DNA of 64,000 nt from the human T2T-CHM13v2.0 reference genome, Homo sapiens. The notes under the pieces were generated by a model. That model made no database searches. It saw nothing but the letters and a program-made list of their open reading frames with translations, and was not told where the DNA came from. The DNA lies in NCBI RefSeq assembly GCF_009914755.1, contig NC_060942.1; one strand, written 5' to 3'. Below are positions 44,913 through 62,130 of the stretch, in pieces. Position numbers and translations under genes: made by a program. Numbering within the stretch: the first letter of the stretch is position 1; each line of letters begins with the position of its first letter.

Positions 44913-46224
<1,312 letters not shown>

Positions 46225-47069
46225 TTACTTTTTTCCAAATTTCATATGAATGAAATTATACTATATGTAGACTATGGGTTTGGCTTTTTAAACTTGGTTA
46301 GAAAAGAAAAATCAATAACATTAATTCATGTTGTTGAGTGAATCAATAACTCACTCCTCTTTATCACTGAATAGTATTCCATTACGTGGATGTACTCTCA
46401 TTTTCATTTCATTTCCCTATTAAGGAACATCTTATTTTCATTTTTAGAAATTATGAGTAAAGTGCTATGAATATTTACATATGTTTTTGTGTGAACACAT
46501 ATTTTAAATTCTCTTGGGTAAATATTTAGGAATGTGGTTGCTGTCTCTTATAGTAAGTCTGTGTTTAACTTTATGAATATAAGTCTATCCCAAATAGACT
46601 GTGCCATTTTGCATTCCCCATAAGCAATAAATAAGAGTACCTCTTACTCCAAATCCTGGCCAGAGATTTATTTGATGTTTTGCATTTTTGCCATTCTAAT
46701 AGTGCATAGTGGTATTTCATTGCGCTTTTATATGAACTTCCCTTGACGTTGAGCCTATTTCCAAATGTTTATTTGCCATCCATATATTTTCTGTGGTGTA
46801 GTATCTTTTCAAATTTATGACAACTTTTAGAAAGTGGTTATTTGCTTTCTTATTGGTGAGATTTAATATTCTTTATGGTTATTGGCTGAAAGTCCTTTCA
46901 TCCAGATATGGATTTTGCAAATATTTTTATTTAGAGTGTGGCTTATCTTTTCATTATCTAAACAATAATTTGCAGAGCAAAAGTTGAAATTTTTATAAAG
47001 TCCAATAACACTTTTCTCTTTTATTCATTGTACTTCTGGTGTAGTAGCTATAAATTCATTCCCAAACAT

Positions 47070-47262
47070 GAACATCATACACTGGGGCCTATTAGGGGGT
47101 GGGGGGCTGGGGGAGGAATAGCGTTAGAAGAAATACCTAATGTAAATGACAAGTTGATGAGTGCAGCAAACCAATATGGCATATGCATACTTATGTAACA
47201 AACCTGCACATTGTGCACATGTACCCTAGAACTTAAAGTATAATATTAATAATAAAACAAAA
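47070..47262 (+). mobile_element. L1PA5/6-like 3' end (~190 bp)
   Basis: 'gaacatcatacactggggcc...aatacctaatgtaaatgacaagttgatg...tgtaccctagaacttaaagtataat' then A-rich tail. Confidence 0.88.
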
Positions 47263-47294
47263 TATTTCACATACAAATCTCACCTTCCAGGATA

Positions 47295-48190
<896 letters not shown>

Positions 48191-48475
48191 CAAATAACGT
48201 TAGTTTCTTCCTTTGCTAACTCCTACTTATTCTTTAGGTGTCTTAGATTCTTAGGTTAAATTACTTAATAAATATATCACTTAATAACTTTTTACTGAAT
48301 GAATACATGCATGAATGAATAAAAAAAATAATAATAATAAATCCCCCCCCAAACACAAAGTTCTATAGATCTTCTCCTAAATATTCATCTAGAGGTTGTA
48401 TACTTATATTTATATTTTACATTTAATTTATAATCAATTCCTAGTTAATTTTTAAATGAGTATTAATTTAGTTGA

Positions 48476-48934
<459 letters not shown>

Positions 48935-51281
48935 TAACAGCAGGTCAGTACCACACTGTCTTAATTAATGTAGATTTATAGTAAGACTTGAGATTGGGTA
49001 ATATGAGTCCTTCAATTTTGTTCTTCTTTCAGAATTGCTTAGGCTATTCTATTTCTGTGGCTGTTCACATACATTTTGGATTCTTGTTCATTTCCACAAA
49101 AAGAATTTATTGTTGTTTTGTTTGAGATGTTATTCAAATAAGCTGAATTGGAGAGAAGTGGTAGCTTAACAATATTCTGCCTTTTAATATATAAACATAG
49201 TATATATCTCTAATTATTTAGGTCTTTGTTGACTTCTTTCACCAGTATTTTTCAGTTTTCAGCATAAAAATCCTGCACATATATTGTTAGTTTATACCAA
49301 AGTATTTCATTTATTTTGTGTTCAATATTTTAACTTCATATTTAAATCTTTTATCTCTGGAATGTAAGAATGTAATTAACCTTTGTATATTAAACCTGTA
49401 TACTACTACTTTGCTAACCTCATTATCAGTTCCAAGAAATTGTGTAGATTCTTTGGGATTTTCTACATAGATGGTCATGTCATTAGCAAATAATGTGTTT
49501 TTTTCTTTTTTCTACATTTTGTTTTATCTTAACCTTCTTAATTATTATGGGGCTCTTCGAATGATCACTTTCATAATGAGTGAATCATTGTAGTTGGTGT
49601 TTATACAGGAGGTGGTCCATTTTCACCTAAGTAGTCCCAGTTATGTGTGTAGAAATATCCATAGTATTTCCTTTTCATCCTCTTGATGTCTGCAGTGTTT
49701 ATAGTGATATCTCTTGTTTCATTCTTGATACTGGTAACTTGTGCCTTCTCTTTTTCTTTGCCAGTCTTGCTAGAGGGTTGTTCATTTTATTAATCTTTTT
49801 AAAAAACAGCTTTTGGTTTCATTGATTTTCTCTGTTATTTTCCTATTTTTAATTTTGTTGACTTCTGCTCTAATTTTTGCTTATTTTAGGTTGAATTATT
49901 TGCTCATCGTTCTCTAATTCCTAAGATGCAAGCTTCAGTTATTAATTTTAGGTCTTTCTTCTTTCTAAATATTTGTATTTAGCACTATAAATTTCCCTGT
50001 AAGCACTGAGTTAGCTGCATCCCACAAATTTTGATATGTCATAGTTTCATTTTTATTTACTTCTTTTTTATATAATTTCTCTTGAGACTCCCCCCTTTGA
50101 GCCATAGATTATTTAGAAGTATATTGTTTACTTCCTGAATACTGGAAGATTGCTGATATATTTTTCTGTTATTAATCTCTAGCTTAATGCAGATATGGTC
50201 TAAGAATGCACATTGTATGTCTTCTGTTTACTCAGTTTCAAAAATGTGTGTTATAGACCAGAAAGTGGTATTTTTGGTTAATGTTTTATGCTTACTTGAG
50301 AAGAATGCTTATGCTGTTTTTGCTAAACGAAGTGTTCTATAAATGTCATTTAGGTCAAGATTTTGATACTGCTCATCAGGTTATTTATTACCCTTGCTAA
50401 ATTTTCTTCCTCCTTGTTTTATCAGTCATCGAGAGAGCAGTTTTTAAATCTCCAAAGAAAATTGTGGGTGTCTCTATTTCTCCAGTTAAATCCGTCATTT
50501 TTTTTGCCATATGTATTTTGAAACTCTGTCTTAAAGTTCATATTCATGAAAGATTGTATGTCTTTTTGGAGAATTTACTGTAACATCCCTCTTTATCCTT
50601 GAAATTTTCCTTGTTCTGAAATTTACCTTAAGTTAATATAGCTATTCTGGCTTTCTTTTGCTTAGTTTTGAATTAATTATTTTTCCCTATTTTCCCTTTA
50701 AACTGTCTAAATATCATCTTAATGATGTTTTCTTGTGCACAACATATAGATGGGTTTTCCTTTTGTACACAGTTTGACAATTTTTATCTTTTAAGTGGTT
50801 TAGAACATCTCCATTTATAATGATTATTGATAAAGTTGGCTTAAAAGTTACCATTTTGCTCACTGTTTTCTACTCATTAAATCATTGTTTTTCTCCTACA
50901 CTTTCTGATTTTAAGTGAACTTTTTAATAATTCCATTTAAATGTTTCTACTAATTTTTAATTTATTTATTAATATTATTTATACATATTTGGGAAGTTTT
51001 AAAATAATTGTTATAGGGCTTGCAATATACATTTCAAAATAATCTGAACCCCCCCTTCATATACTGATACACCACTTCATATGTAGTGAAATGACTTCAT
51101 AATGGTTCATTGCCAATTTGCCTTCTCCTACTGTGCCATTGTTATCATATAGTTCAGTTCTATACATGCTCAGGCTGTAATCTTGCTGACAGTGATTGTC
51201 TGTCTCCATATCAAGGGATAACTGCTTTCCTGCAAACTTAGTTCTATTTTGGGTTCCAGGAAATTGGTTAATTTCATTTTC

Positions 51282-51600
<319 letters not shown>

Positions 51601-52656
51601 TTTTTTTTTTTTTTTCCTGAGTGCAAGGGACATATTTTCAGTGCTCTATTATCTTCAGGTTGAAACTGAAACTTAGCTCTTATATGTCAGTAGTGAGGTA
51701 TCATGCGATTCTACACATGGCTTTGATGACCACATATCCTTGTGTCTCTCAAATCTTTGTCTTATTTGTCTTTTCCTCTAGAATTTGAATTGTCTGCTTT
51801 CCGTTTCCTTTTGGGTATCCTAAAGACACCGCAGGTCTGCTCTGCTTCAAAACGGAAGCCATCATGTCCTCCATATCTCTTCTTCTTGTAATCTTTTGTG
51901 TCTCTGTTAATGGTCTCTGCTGAGAGCCAACCTGAGGTATTTCTAGACTATTTTCTGCATCTGCTATTCCATATGTAATCATTTCTCGAGTGTCCCTAAA
52001 TAATTGTCTTTGCTCCCACAATTCGTATTCCTATTGCTCTGGTTAAGGGCTTTTCTCTCTCTCACTTGGGCACATTTTAAAGTCCTCCATTATCTAGTCT
52101 TAATAATATCAAGGATTTTTTTTCCTCTCCTGAAACACATTTTTTTTCCTTTGTGAGGCTTTGCCTCAGACGTCTGAGGTTTGACAAGCTCTTCCTTGCC
52201 TAACACAGCCTACGCCTTTGTGAAACGAGAACTTTCCTTTCTAATAAGCCCTTAGCTGACTCCAAATCCTCCTACAACTTACTTATGATGCACGTTCCTC
52301 TAGGAAAACTTTACAGAGCTCCATGGCCAAGGTAAGTGCTAGAGCTGGCGGGGAACCAGACTGATACCCCTCTCACCATGACCTACAATGCTTCATCTGT
52401 AGATAGCTCATTTTTCCGACAATAAATTCCTGAAAGTCAAATAGTCTCTTATGTTTGTCTATGTGTCTCCGGCATTTGAACTGACATTTCCCCCACCGCC
52501 CCCCGCCCCGCCCACTTTTAACACCAGGCTGAAGTAAATAAAGATAGAGACAATTGTAACTACTGAGTTCCAACATCATTCTTCTTAAGAATATGACAAG
52601 ATTTCTCATGAGAGTTTCTTTAAGTATGGTCACTGGATTTAGTGTATTTATTTTGA

Positions 52657-52975
<319 letters not shown>

Positions 52976-52976
52976 A

Positions 52977-53201
<225 letters not shown>

Positions 53202-54616
53202 TGAACTTTTTTAATGGTTACATATTCCAACATTGAAAGAATGGCATAGCTGGGCAGAAAAAGTTAGTTTTCTTCTTGCCGCCACATTTCTAAAATGCAA
53301 TGGAATGCTGCAGCTCTAACTACTTAGCTCTGAGACAAATCAAAGTCAGAGTCTGCGTCCCCACGTGCTTGTTCTGATCCGGGAAGCCCTGCTTCTGCGC
53401 TGCTCCAGACTCATTATGTGGAATTGGGTGGTCCTGACATCTCTGTCCTGGAAACTGTGAGATCAGAATTCCCTCCCTGGCAGTTACACAAAACGACATT
53501 TGCCAGGATTTCCAGGGCAGAATGGCTGTTATATTATCTATTTTTCAAAGATTTCACATGTAATTAATTTCCCCCTGAGCTTTATACTTTGTCATTTAAA
53601 AAATGTAAATGACGTATTTAGGCTTCCACATCAGAAATGATTTTGAATTGTTAAATAATTTCCTGACATGGCATGATGCTTTTCAAATAATGTCTATGAG
53701 TCGATTTAAAAAGTAGAGGAAATATCACATCGAAGTCAGGACTGGCGTAGGCGCGGCCGTGAAAGCTGATCTGTCAGTGTGCGTTAGTAGTCACTCACCG
53801 TTTCCCCATCCTGTGCGGCTTTCCTGAGCATAAATCGCCAATCCCCTGACTTGCCTAGAGAGTATTTCATATCACACAGCAGGCATGATTGTAGTCACTT
53901 ATTTTTCGCTGTTAGTAGGATGCACATCCTTGTCAGTCTCTGAACATAAGAAAACACACTGCCCACTCTCCTCTCTATTGTTTGTCTCTTAATTAATGCT
54001 CATAGCTTAATCTAAGAAAAATACCAAATGGCACCATTACTCCAAAGTGGGTGGGTGCACTTTGCATGTATATAGATGATAAATTATTGATGTTTGTATG
54101 GTGACAAGAAAAATAAAATTAAAAAGATGTGTTTAAAGGTTACCTAGAAGGTATTATAAACATTCTATTTTAAAATCAGTTCTACACATTGCAGTTCTCC
54201 ACAGTTTGGGAAAATAATCATATGTGAGTTAAGGGTTCATTTGCTAGATGATACTCTCTTACCTAATATTGGAAGGAAAAAGGAATATGAAACTCATTTC
54301 TGATTCAGGCAACTGAGTCACTATTTTAAAATCTCTGGTGCAGTTCGTTTCATACTTGGAGTGAGATATTGTGATAGATTCGTTAGGTTCTAGGTTACCA
54401 TGGTGACAAGTCATTATTTCTAAAAGTAATTTGACACATCTCAAGATTTTGGCCCTTCTGTATTCCTATATGGTGCTACAAAGAAAAAGTGTTAGTTAAC
54501 TTTAGAAATATTTCCAGTAGATATAGCAAGGAAAAACTACAATGTTTGCCTTCAAAGCTGCTAGCCCTAGAGAAAAGTTAATTGAGATTTTTTAGGAAAA
54601 GTAGTCTATAGGGGCA

Positions 54617-54696
54617 TAAGCCACACTGATGCTACATTTATTTATTTTTTAATCTGTAAGCCACACTGATGCTGCATGTATTTATTTTTTAATCTG
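54617..54696. repeat. 40-bp tandem duplication
   Basis: taagccacactgatgct(a/g)cat(t/g)tatttattttttaatctg x2, 2 mismatches. Confidence 0.95.
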
Positions 54697-55926
54697 TCAA
54701 GCTTTGTGGAAAAATAACCACCTATGATTAGTTGTGTTTTCCAGTTAAAACTAAAAGCAATAAAATGTAAACCATAAGCCCATTTAAAGCTTCATTTCTC
54801 ATATCCTATTTATAATGACAAATCATATAACTGGCCTCTTTCTATGCTCAAGTCATTTGTGGAGATAACCAACATTGTGTTGTCAAATAATCTATCTATT
54901 GCCTTAAAGGCTTAGAGGTAGACATGAGAAATATATTCTATAAGGAACTGGATTTATGGCCCATCTGGTAATTATCTTCTTGTTACCAAGGTGGCAATGG
55001 TATGGATACACCATTTCTTAAGCTTCAGGAAATGAATTATCCCTAAAGTACATTCTGGTATTTCAGTACATTAACACACTTGTCAATCATGTGTAAGGCA
55101 TTCTACTAGATACTTTTTGTATAACATTAAATGAGTGTTATCAGACACTCTGTGATGTTGGTGTTGTCAATTATATTGTATATATCCATATATTTAGACT
55201 TAATACATTTAAATACATTTTTAACAGCTAGTACATGACAGAGGTAGAATCTTCTCTACAATGGAGGTCAAATTGTTTTCATGCTAGATTTTAAGCTTCA
55301 TGCAGTGTTAAGACAGTGCTATGTTTATATTTTTTGTGCATTTGGCACTTAACAGAACCTCAATGACAGTAAATTGAACAGGCTGCAAGTTTCTTTGATT
55401 CTCTTGTAGGTGACATGATGCATTTCAATGGCAAAGGAGGAGGAACACACCATAATATTTCTGCATACTTGAATTGATTATATCACACATAATCTATATG
55501 ACTGGCCTTTCTCTCCCATTATATTGTAAGCTGCTGTAAGGAAGGGGTGATGTGTATTCTTTGTTGTATCATATTAGGCTGGCAAATGCCTTATAACGTG
55601 AAAATTCCAAATAAACATTTGTTAAATAAATAATCATTTGCTTTTATTTCATATGGCTTAAGAGATAAGGGAAATATTTTAATGAGAAACTATTGACTGT
55701 AACATACCACAATTTTCTATTTAGTTAGCCTAACAAGAATTTCATAGGATGAAAAATGAAGCAGAACAACACATAACCACAACATCATCAACTGAGGATC
55801 GACTAGTTAAGTTGAGGAATATAACAGTTTATTATTACAGATTCAAGATTTTCTCATCAGCCCTCAGGGAACACGCAAAATATATACTTCATTCAATAAA
55901 AATGGAATAGAAAAAGACATAGGAAG

Positions 55927-56527
55927 TCCTCCGGATTAATTTTAGGTGTCAACTTGACTAAGAAATATCCAGATAGCTGATGCAGCATTATTTCTGGGTG
56001 TGTCTGTGAGGGCATTCCTGGAGGAGACTGGCATTTGAACCGGTGGACTGGCTAAGTAAGATCTGCCTTCACCAAATGTGAACTGGAACCACTCAATTGG
56101 CTAAGGGGTAGGACAGAAAATAAAGGTGAAGGAAGATGGAATTTTCTTTCTCTCTTCCAGAGCTAAGAAACCCTTCTTCTCCTGCCCTTGAGTATCAAGA
56201 CTCTGGGGTTTTCGGCCTTTGGATTCTGGGACTTTCATCACCAGCTTCCCAGATTCTCAGGTCTTCAGCCTTTAACTGGGAGTTTAACCTTCAGATTTCG
56301 TGGTTTTCAGGCCTTCGGTGTTGGACTGAGCCAGGCCACCAGCTTTCCTGGTTCTCCTGCTTGCAGATGGTCTATCATGGGACTTCTCAGCCTCTATAAT
56401 TGCATGAGCCAATTTCCCTAATAAATCCCCCTAATTCATATCTATTTATGCCTATATCTATATTTCTCTCTTTTTCTCTGTATCCCTTCTATTGGTTCTG
56501 TGACTCTGGAGAACGCTGACTAATACA
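55927..56527 (+). mobile_element. Solo ERVL LTR, MLT2 family
   Basis: 'ttaattttaggtgtcaacttgact...ttatttctgggtgtgtctgtgaggg...gagccaatttccctaataaatcccc...tattggttctgtgactctggagaacgctgactaataca'. Confidence 0.9.
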
Positions 56528-57214
56528 AAAGTCTAGTAAATGAACAACCAATCCCTGAATGACGACATGTTAGATCTTTTTATTTGCCATTCTCTTTCAA
56601 ATCTATAACATGTTTGAAATTAATTACCGATTGTGACTTTTTCTTCTTTAAGCTATATTCTATTTGTCAATCATCTATTATAATAAGAACACAGATATTC
56701 CTGATTTTAGGCCATGGCTTATGACAAGACATATAATTTAATATTATCCAAACTATAATAGGTAGAACATATGTGATATTTCTGTTTTCTTAACTTTATG
56801 TATTTTTAGGAAAAAATTCATGTTTACCTCTTGCTATAATTGAAACTCTTGTGTAATAACTTTTACTTGCTACTTTAATTTTTATTTCAAATAACAGTTT
56901 TGTAACATTTTTAATGTATATTTGCCTTTGGTATTGTGGTGACTAGTAATGCATAGAAATAATAGTAATGGGCAAATAACTAGCAATTCAATAAAGTACT
57001 CTTAAACATTGGTGGTATTGCAATACATAAGCATTTTCATCAAAACCAGAGATTGAGTTTTTTCTTTCACTTTAGATATAGATCTTTATTACAAAAGAAA
57101 ATATTACACAGGAAAACATATACCCATTAAATTGTCTTTATCAAAGTAGCAAAATAGCAATTTAATGAAAAATGAGTATAAATTTAACCTGTGAATATAA
57201 ATGAACGGAGGCAA

Positions 57215-57302
57215 TCAACATAAGCATTAGTATGCATACTAATGCTTATGTTGAATTTAGAATTACATCAGCAGGTAGAATTTAGAATTACATCAGTAGG
57301 TA
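57215..57302. repeat. Perfect 40-bp palindrome (57215-57254) abutting a 25-bp tandem duplication (57253-57302)
   Basis: tcaacataagcattagtatg|catactaatgcttatgttga; gaatttagaattacatcag(c/t)aggta x2. Confidence 0.97.
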
Positions 57303-58734
57303 GAAAAGATTAAAAGAATGATTATGAAGAACAAAAATGTTAATCTGGAATAATACTACTCTCCTGTCTACAGTGATATCTTTATGAATAAACAGCAATA
57401 ATCTATTGTATTTAGTCTTCCCTCTACATAAAACTGAAATACATTTCCTATTTGTAGGTGCATGTTTCCCTCTGAATATGATTATTTATAAGGAGAGAAT
57501 GCAGTGGAGATGGTTAGGGGAATTTTGTACTATAAGAATTGAATTGAATAGCTTCATTGCTAATTTTACAAGTAAACTATAATTTCCTGAAGTTAATAAT
57601 TTTTCTATTCTTTAAAAAATCTAGAGTAACTGAATGGAACATTTCGAAAAGTTGACCAAATCTTTTTTTCATATGAATCTTTTCATAGTTTTTGAAAAGT
57701 GCTATACTATATTAAATACTTTTCATTAAAATGGCGCAACTTTGTAAAGGGCTGTTTTTCCATCTGTGCATGTTGAAGCTCTCTTTTGACTACAGAATAA
57801 CAGATGTGATATGCAGTCTTAGTAGATAAAATCAATCCTTTATTACTATTGCTGTGAAGATATATCTCTATGTCTAAGAGCTCTACAATTAAGATCATCC
57901 ATATGTGAGACCAACTGAACAAATACTTTTATGCCATAATCAGTGGTCTGTTAAAGTATCAATAAAATTTATATTCTAACAATTACAGTAATATTCAGTA
58001 ATAGTACTTGTAATGTGATGTTGGTATAGAGCAGCATCATGAAGTTAAAGTCTTGTATATATGCCATGAACTGATCAGTAATACAAAGCAGTAATAATTT
58101 GATATATACAGGTGGCTATTCCCAATAACTGAGGCATTATTTCAAAAAGTATTTTACTCCAATTATGCTTAGAGTAAAATCGAATAACAGCTTCCCAAGG
58201 CCTCTCAAAGAAACTTGTTGAACAGAATTTTAAAATTAATACTGACTCAGGCATATCATTAGAAGCATTAGTCCTTGCACTACAGAGAAGCTCTTTGACC
58301 TAGAGCTGAGGAGACTGTTTGTCCTTCTTGGACGGGGACCCAGAATGTTGTGTTCTGGAACTCTGGGTTTTCTGTTTTCTCTCTCTACTTCAGTTTGCAC
58401 TTTTTTTTTTCTTCCTGCTGATCCCAGTGTGTGGATGCTTCCAGTGTGAGGCTTGCTTTGGACACGATTGTCTGAGAGAAACCCTGAGGGCAATTTTTCT
58501 CCACCTGTAGAGAAAAGTGCATGTACTTAATGAAAGAATTTTTTTTATTTTTGGCCCAGAGAAACTTGTTTTATAATTGTGAGCAGGCAGGGCAAGTGCT
58601 GAGATGACAAGAAATGTGATTTCCACATATAAAAGGAGGAATGCAATTGTAGAAGGCAGGGAAACCACTGGTTTCTTATTTACTCCATGTAGGTAATAAT
58701 AATGATAAAATAAGCTAACATTTATTGAAGTTTA

Positions 58735-58885
58735 CCCTTCATTCATTCAACAATTATTTATTTATTGGGCACCAAATACTTGCCAAACTCTGTTTCACAC
58801 ACTGTAAATTCAGGGCCAAACAAGACAGATGAAATCTCTATCCTCATGGAGTTTATTTCACATTGTGAGGGGACAGGAAATGAAT
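58735..58885 (-). mobile_element. L2 3' end relic
   Basis: 'ttcattcattcaacaattatttatttattgggcacc...aacaagacagatgaaatctctatcctcatggagttt'. Confidence 0.7.
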
Positions 58886-61334
58886 GCACCCTGGATAATT
58901 GGGAAGAAAAACAAAGTTGTTATTAGAGTCAATAAACTCTGGATTTAAATTTTGATTCTATTTATGTTTACATCTTGAACAAGGTGGTTAAACTTAAAGC
59001 CTCTTCATTGATAAATAAGATTTTATGGTGTCTACTAAGAGACTTTATTGACTTACCCAAAATTATGTAAGCTTGTTATAAAGACGTACATAGGAAAATG
59101 GGGGACATAAATCTTAGACATACTGTATACCTCCTCCTTTTATATGTGGGAATCACTATGCTTTCAGAACTGGAACATATCACTTTGCATCAAATTAAAT
59201 AATTTTCTCTTCTGCCCAGACATACATTGATCCTCCACTGTGGCAGCAGCAGTTTATTTAACCAGTTTCAACTCTTTTTAATTTGCCAGATTCTATTACA
59301 GATAATTGAACACACAAAAAATAATACCTTCTTTGTAATAACAAACGGACAAGTGACACAGTTCACTGGAAAATTCTCTGCTTTCATAACACAAGCGTTC
59401 TTTCCTTTTATTTCCTTCTTTTTGGTTGGTGCTGTAGTGGGAGAATTACAAAGACCTGGACTGTGACTTAGACCCTGATATTGTTCAGCAACTGAACCAA
59501 TGCCAGGCACAATCTACCTCTGGGCTTCTTATTACATGAAAAAGATAAACTTTTGTTTGTTTTACCCATTTTAAGTGAGGGTTTCTATTATTGCTGCTGT
59601 TTCTGCTGCTCCTTAAGCTACTGACCAACTCTGACACCTGTTCTCTGAATGGCCTTTCTTAATCTTGAAGAGTGGCAGGTAGGGAAACAAATATGTTGAG
59701 ATTTTTGTGATATTTTTATATAATGATTTTGACTTGACACTGTTATCAGGTTTAGAATATTGGATAGAGTCTTCAGGAATCCTTTATGGGCTGTAAGAAG
59801 CCGGGAAATATTATGTCTTTTTTGGTTGAGTTACCTGTCTCATATTGTTATTGAGAAAAAAGTGGAATCATGTATGTGAAAGTATTTTTAAATTCTACCT
59901 CGTCATCTGTCAAACAAAAACCTGAAGACCACAGGGAATGGAACTTCCTTTCATAGCACATTTGCTAACAGGGCAAGGGTTCTAACACTGATCTGACACC
60001 AGATCGTCTGCCTTCTCTTCATGCCGTGACTCCATTCCAAGATTTTTCTATTACAGTGGTTTACTAGTTCTGTGACTTCAGTGATTTTTATCTGGAGTGA
60101 ATTTCCCATTTCTTAAGTATTTCTAATGTGTGACTTGACATTTTCCTCCTGTCTTTACAGGGTCATTTATATACCACCTGGGTTCAATTCTGAGGCTTCA
60201 AATGTCATTTAAACCTATTCCTAGGTATCTAGAGAACTTTTCCCTAAAAAGCATTTTTTCTTAAATATAATGTGTTTAAGCAAATGATAGTGCAAGTTTA
60301 TAAAAATTCTAAATAAAAATGGCCAGACACTGACAGCTTGAAATCTAGCAAGGCTTAGCACTGTCCCTGCTAATTGCTGCCATTGCAAATTAACGGAAGC
60401 CTTTTAAATCTCTTGACAGTGGTTATGCAACTTTCTACAGGTAGGAAAGTCTAGGCAGAACATAACAGATGCAATCATTAATATGCATCTGCATATGCTT
60501 CAAAGCTCTGAATTTTTTGAGTCTTTCTCTACCTCATTATATGTCTCATCGCCAAAACAGATCAATAAGTTTTCCATCTAAGAAATGGCAGAGTGGTCGT
60601 GTTTGAATGGTTCTCATCCCTTTCTATTAAAACTTAAAGATGTAAAAATTAAACTGTTTTCTCCTAAAAAAATTTCTTGTTTTCACAAAGTGTGTGCTTA
60701 AATTATTATACATTCTAGGGCTAATTTTAATTTACTTTTTTGTTCTTGTACCTACTGAAGGAATACTTAAAATTCTCTCAGTTTATAGGGAAGGGTCAAC
60801 TTATTTATTATTTCATTTAAGTCATCAGTGTGTTCAAAAAGCAACCAAGTACAACATGCAGAATTTGTTATAAACAACAACAAAAATTCACGAAATGGAA
60901 TTTTTAAAGTATCTTGTATTTGTCCAGCCATTTAAAAAGTGTGTATACACATGTATATATGTATATATATACACATGTGTGTGTACACACACATGTACAC
61001 ATATACATATATAGATATATACAAAATAACAAAGATACTTAGAACTAAGCTAACGAGTTATAGTGAATTGGTATTTTCCAAATTTAGTTGAGATCCAGAT
61101 TCCAATTATTTCTAAATCTAAGTTGAAATGTTGTACCACTTATGGAAGACTTCCAGAAAGAGCAGCCCTGGTCTGTTTCCATTCATGGCAAAGAGTTTTT
61201 TCAGACCAACTCCCACCACAGAGAAGAACTTAAAAAAAAAAAAATCCATGAAGCCATTGAAAGACTATCAAGGCAGCAACAACTTAAGGGACCAATAATG
61301 CTGGAGAGAAAGAAAGCCCCCAAAGGACTCATTC

Positions 61335-62130
61335 CTGATTTTTCTTCCATACCCCATCTTCCTATCTGTCTGGACATCCTTTTGAGTCTTCATTCAAAGC
61401 ACAAGCACCCCACCACTTCCGGATAGCCTTCTCTGTTATCACTCTGGTCAGAACCATCAGCCGTCACCTTGATTACTGAAATAGCTTCTTAACTCATTTC
61501 TGCTTTCAATCTTGTAACCCCACATTCCACCCCAAGCTATTTTCAGCTAGCAGCCAGAGTAATCCTTTAAAAAAAAATAAGACAATCATGCCAGTTACCT
61601 GCCTGATATCTTGTGATGGTTTGAAATCTTTTGTTTCTCCTGATGAAAGTTGAAGCCCATGTAATGATCCTACATGATACGAGTTAATGGTATCTCTTAC
61701 TATTGTAATTGTCATATCTTACCATTCAATTTCTATTTCAGCCCCACTGGCTTCATTCATGTTCTTAATCTTTCTTAATTTCTTCACAAAAACCCTCCGA
61801 GGCACACTCCCCATGGCTTTGCATCACCTGTCTCCTTTTTCCTGGAATGCTTTTCCTCCAGGTTGTCATAATACACACTCACACTCGTCCTTCAAGTCTT
61901 TGGGAAAATGTTACCCTCAATGAGGTCTACCCTGCTCACCCTGTCCCTTCCCTTAACCTTCTCAATGCTCCTTACACTGCTCTATTTTTATAATAAACAT
62001 ATCACTTCTAACATTTTATTATCTAATATTTATTATTCTTACTGTTTGTTGTGTTTCTACCTCACTAGAGTGCAAGTCCCATGAAGGCAGAAAACATCTG
62101 TTTCATTCACTCATATATCTCATTCTAAAA
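61335..62130 (+). mobile_element. L2 (L2a-like) 3' portion
   Basis: 'gcagccagagtaatccttt', 'cctggaatgcttttcctccag', 'ctcactagagtgcaagtcccatgaaggcag...tgtttcattcac'. Confidence 0.75.

Noticed and set aside
52304-52337. 28-nt micro-exon (ctctag|...aag|gtaagt)
   Set aside because: Sits in L2-like sequence, is not a multiple of 3, and has no partner exons
60939-61022. 24-bp palindrome (60973-60996) in a purine-pyrimidine tract
   Set aside because: Low-complexity CA/TG/TA repeat where palindromes arise trivially
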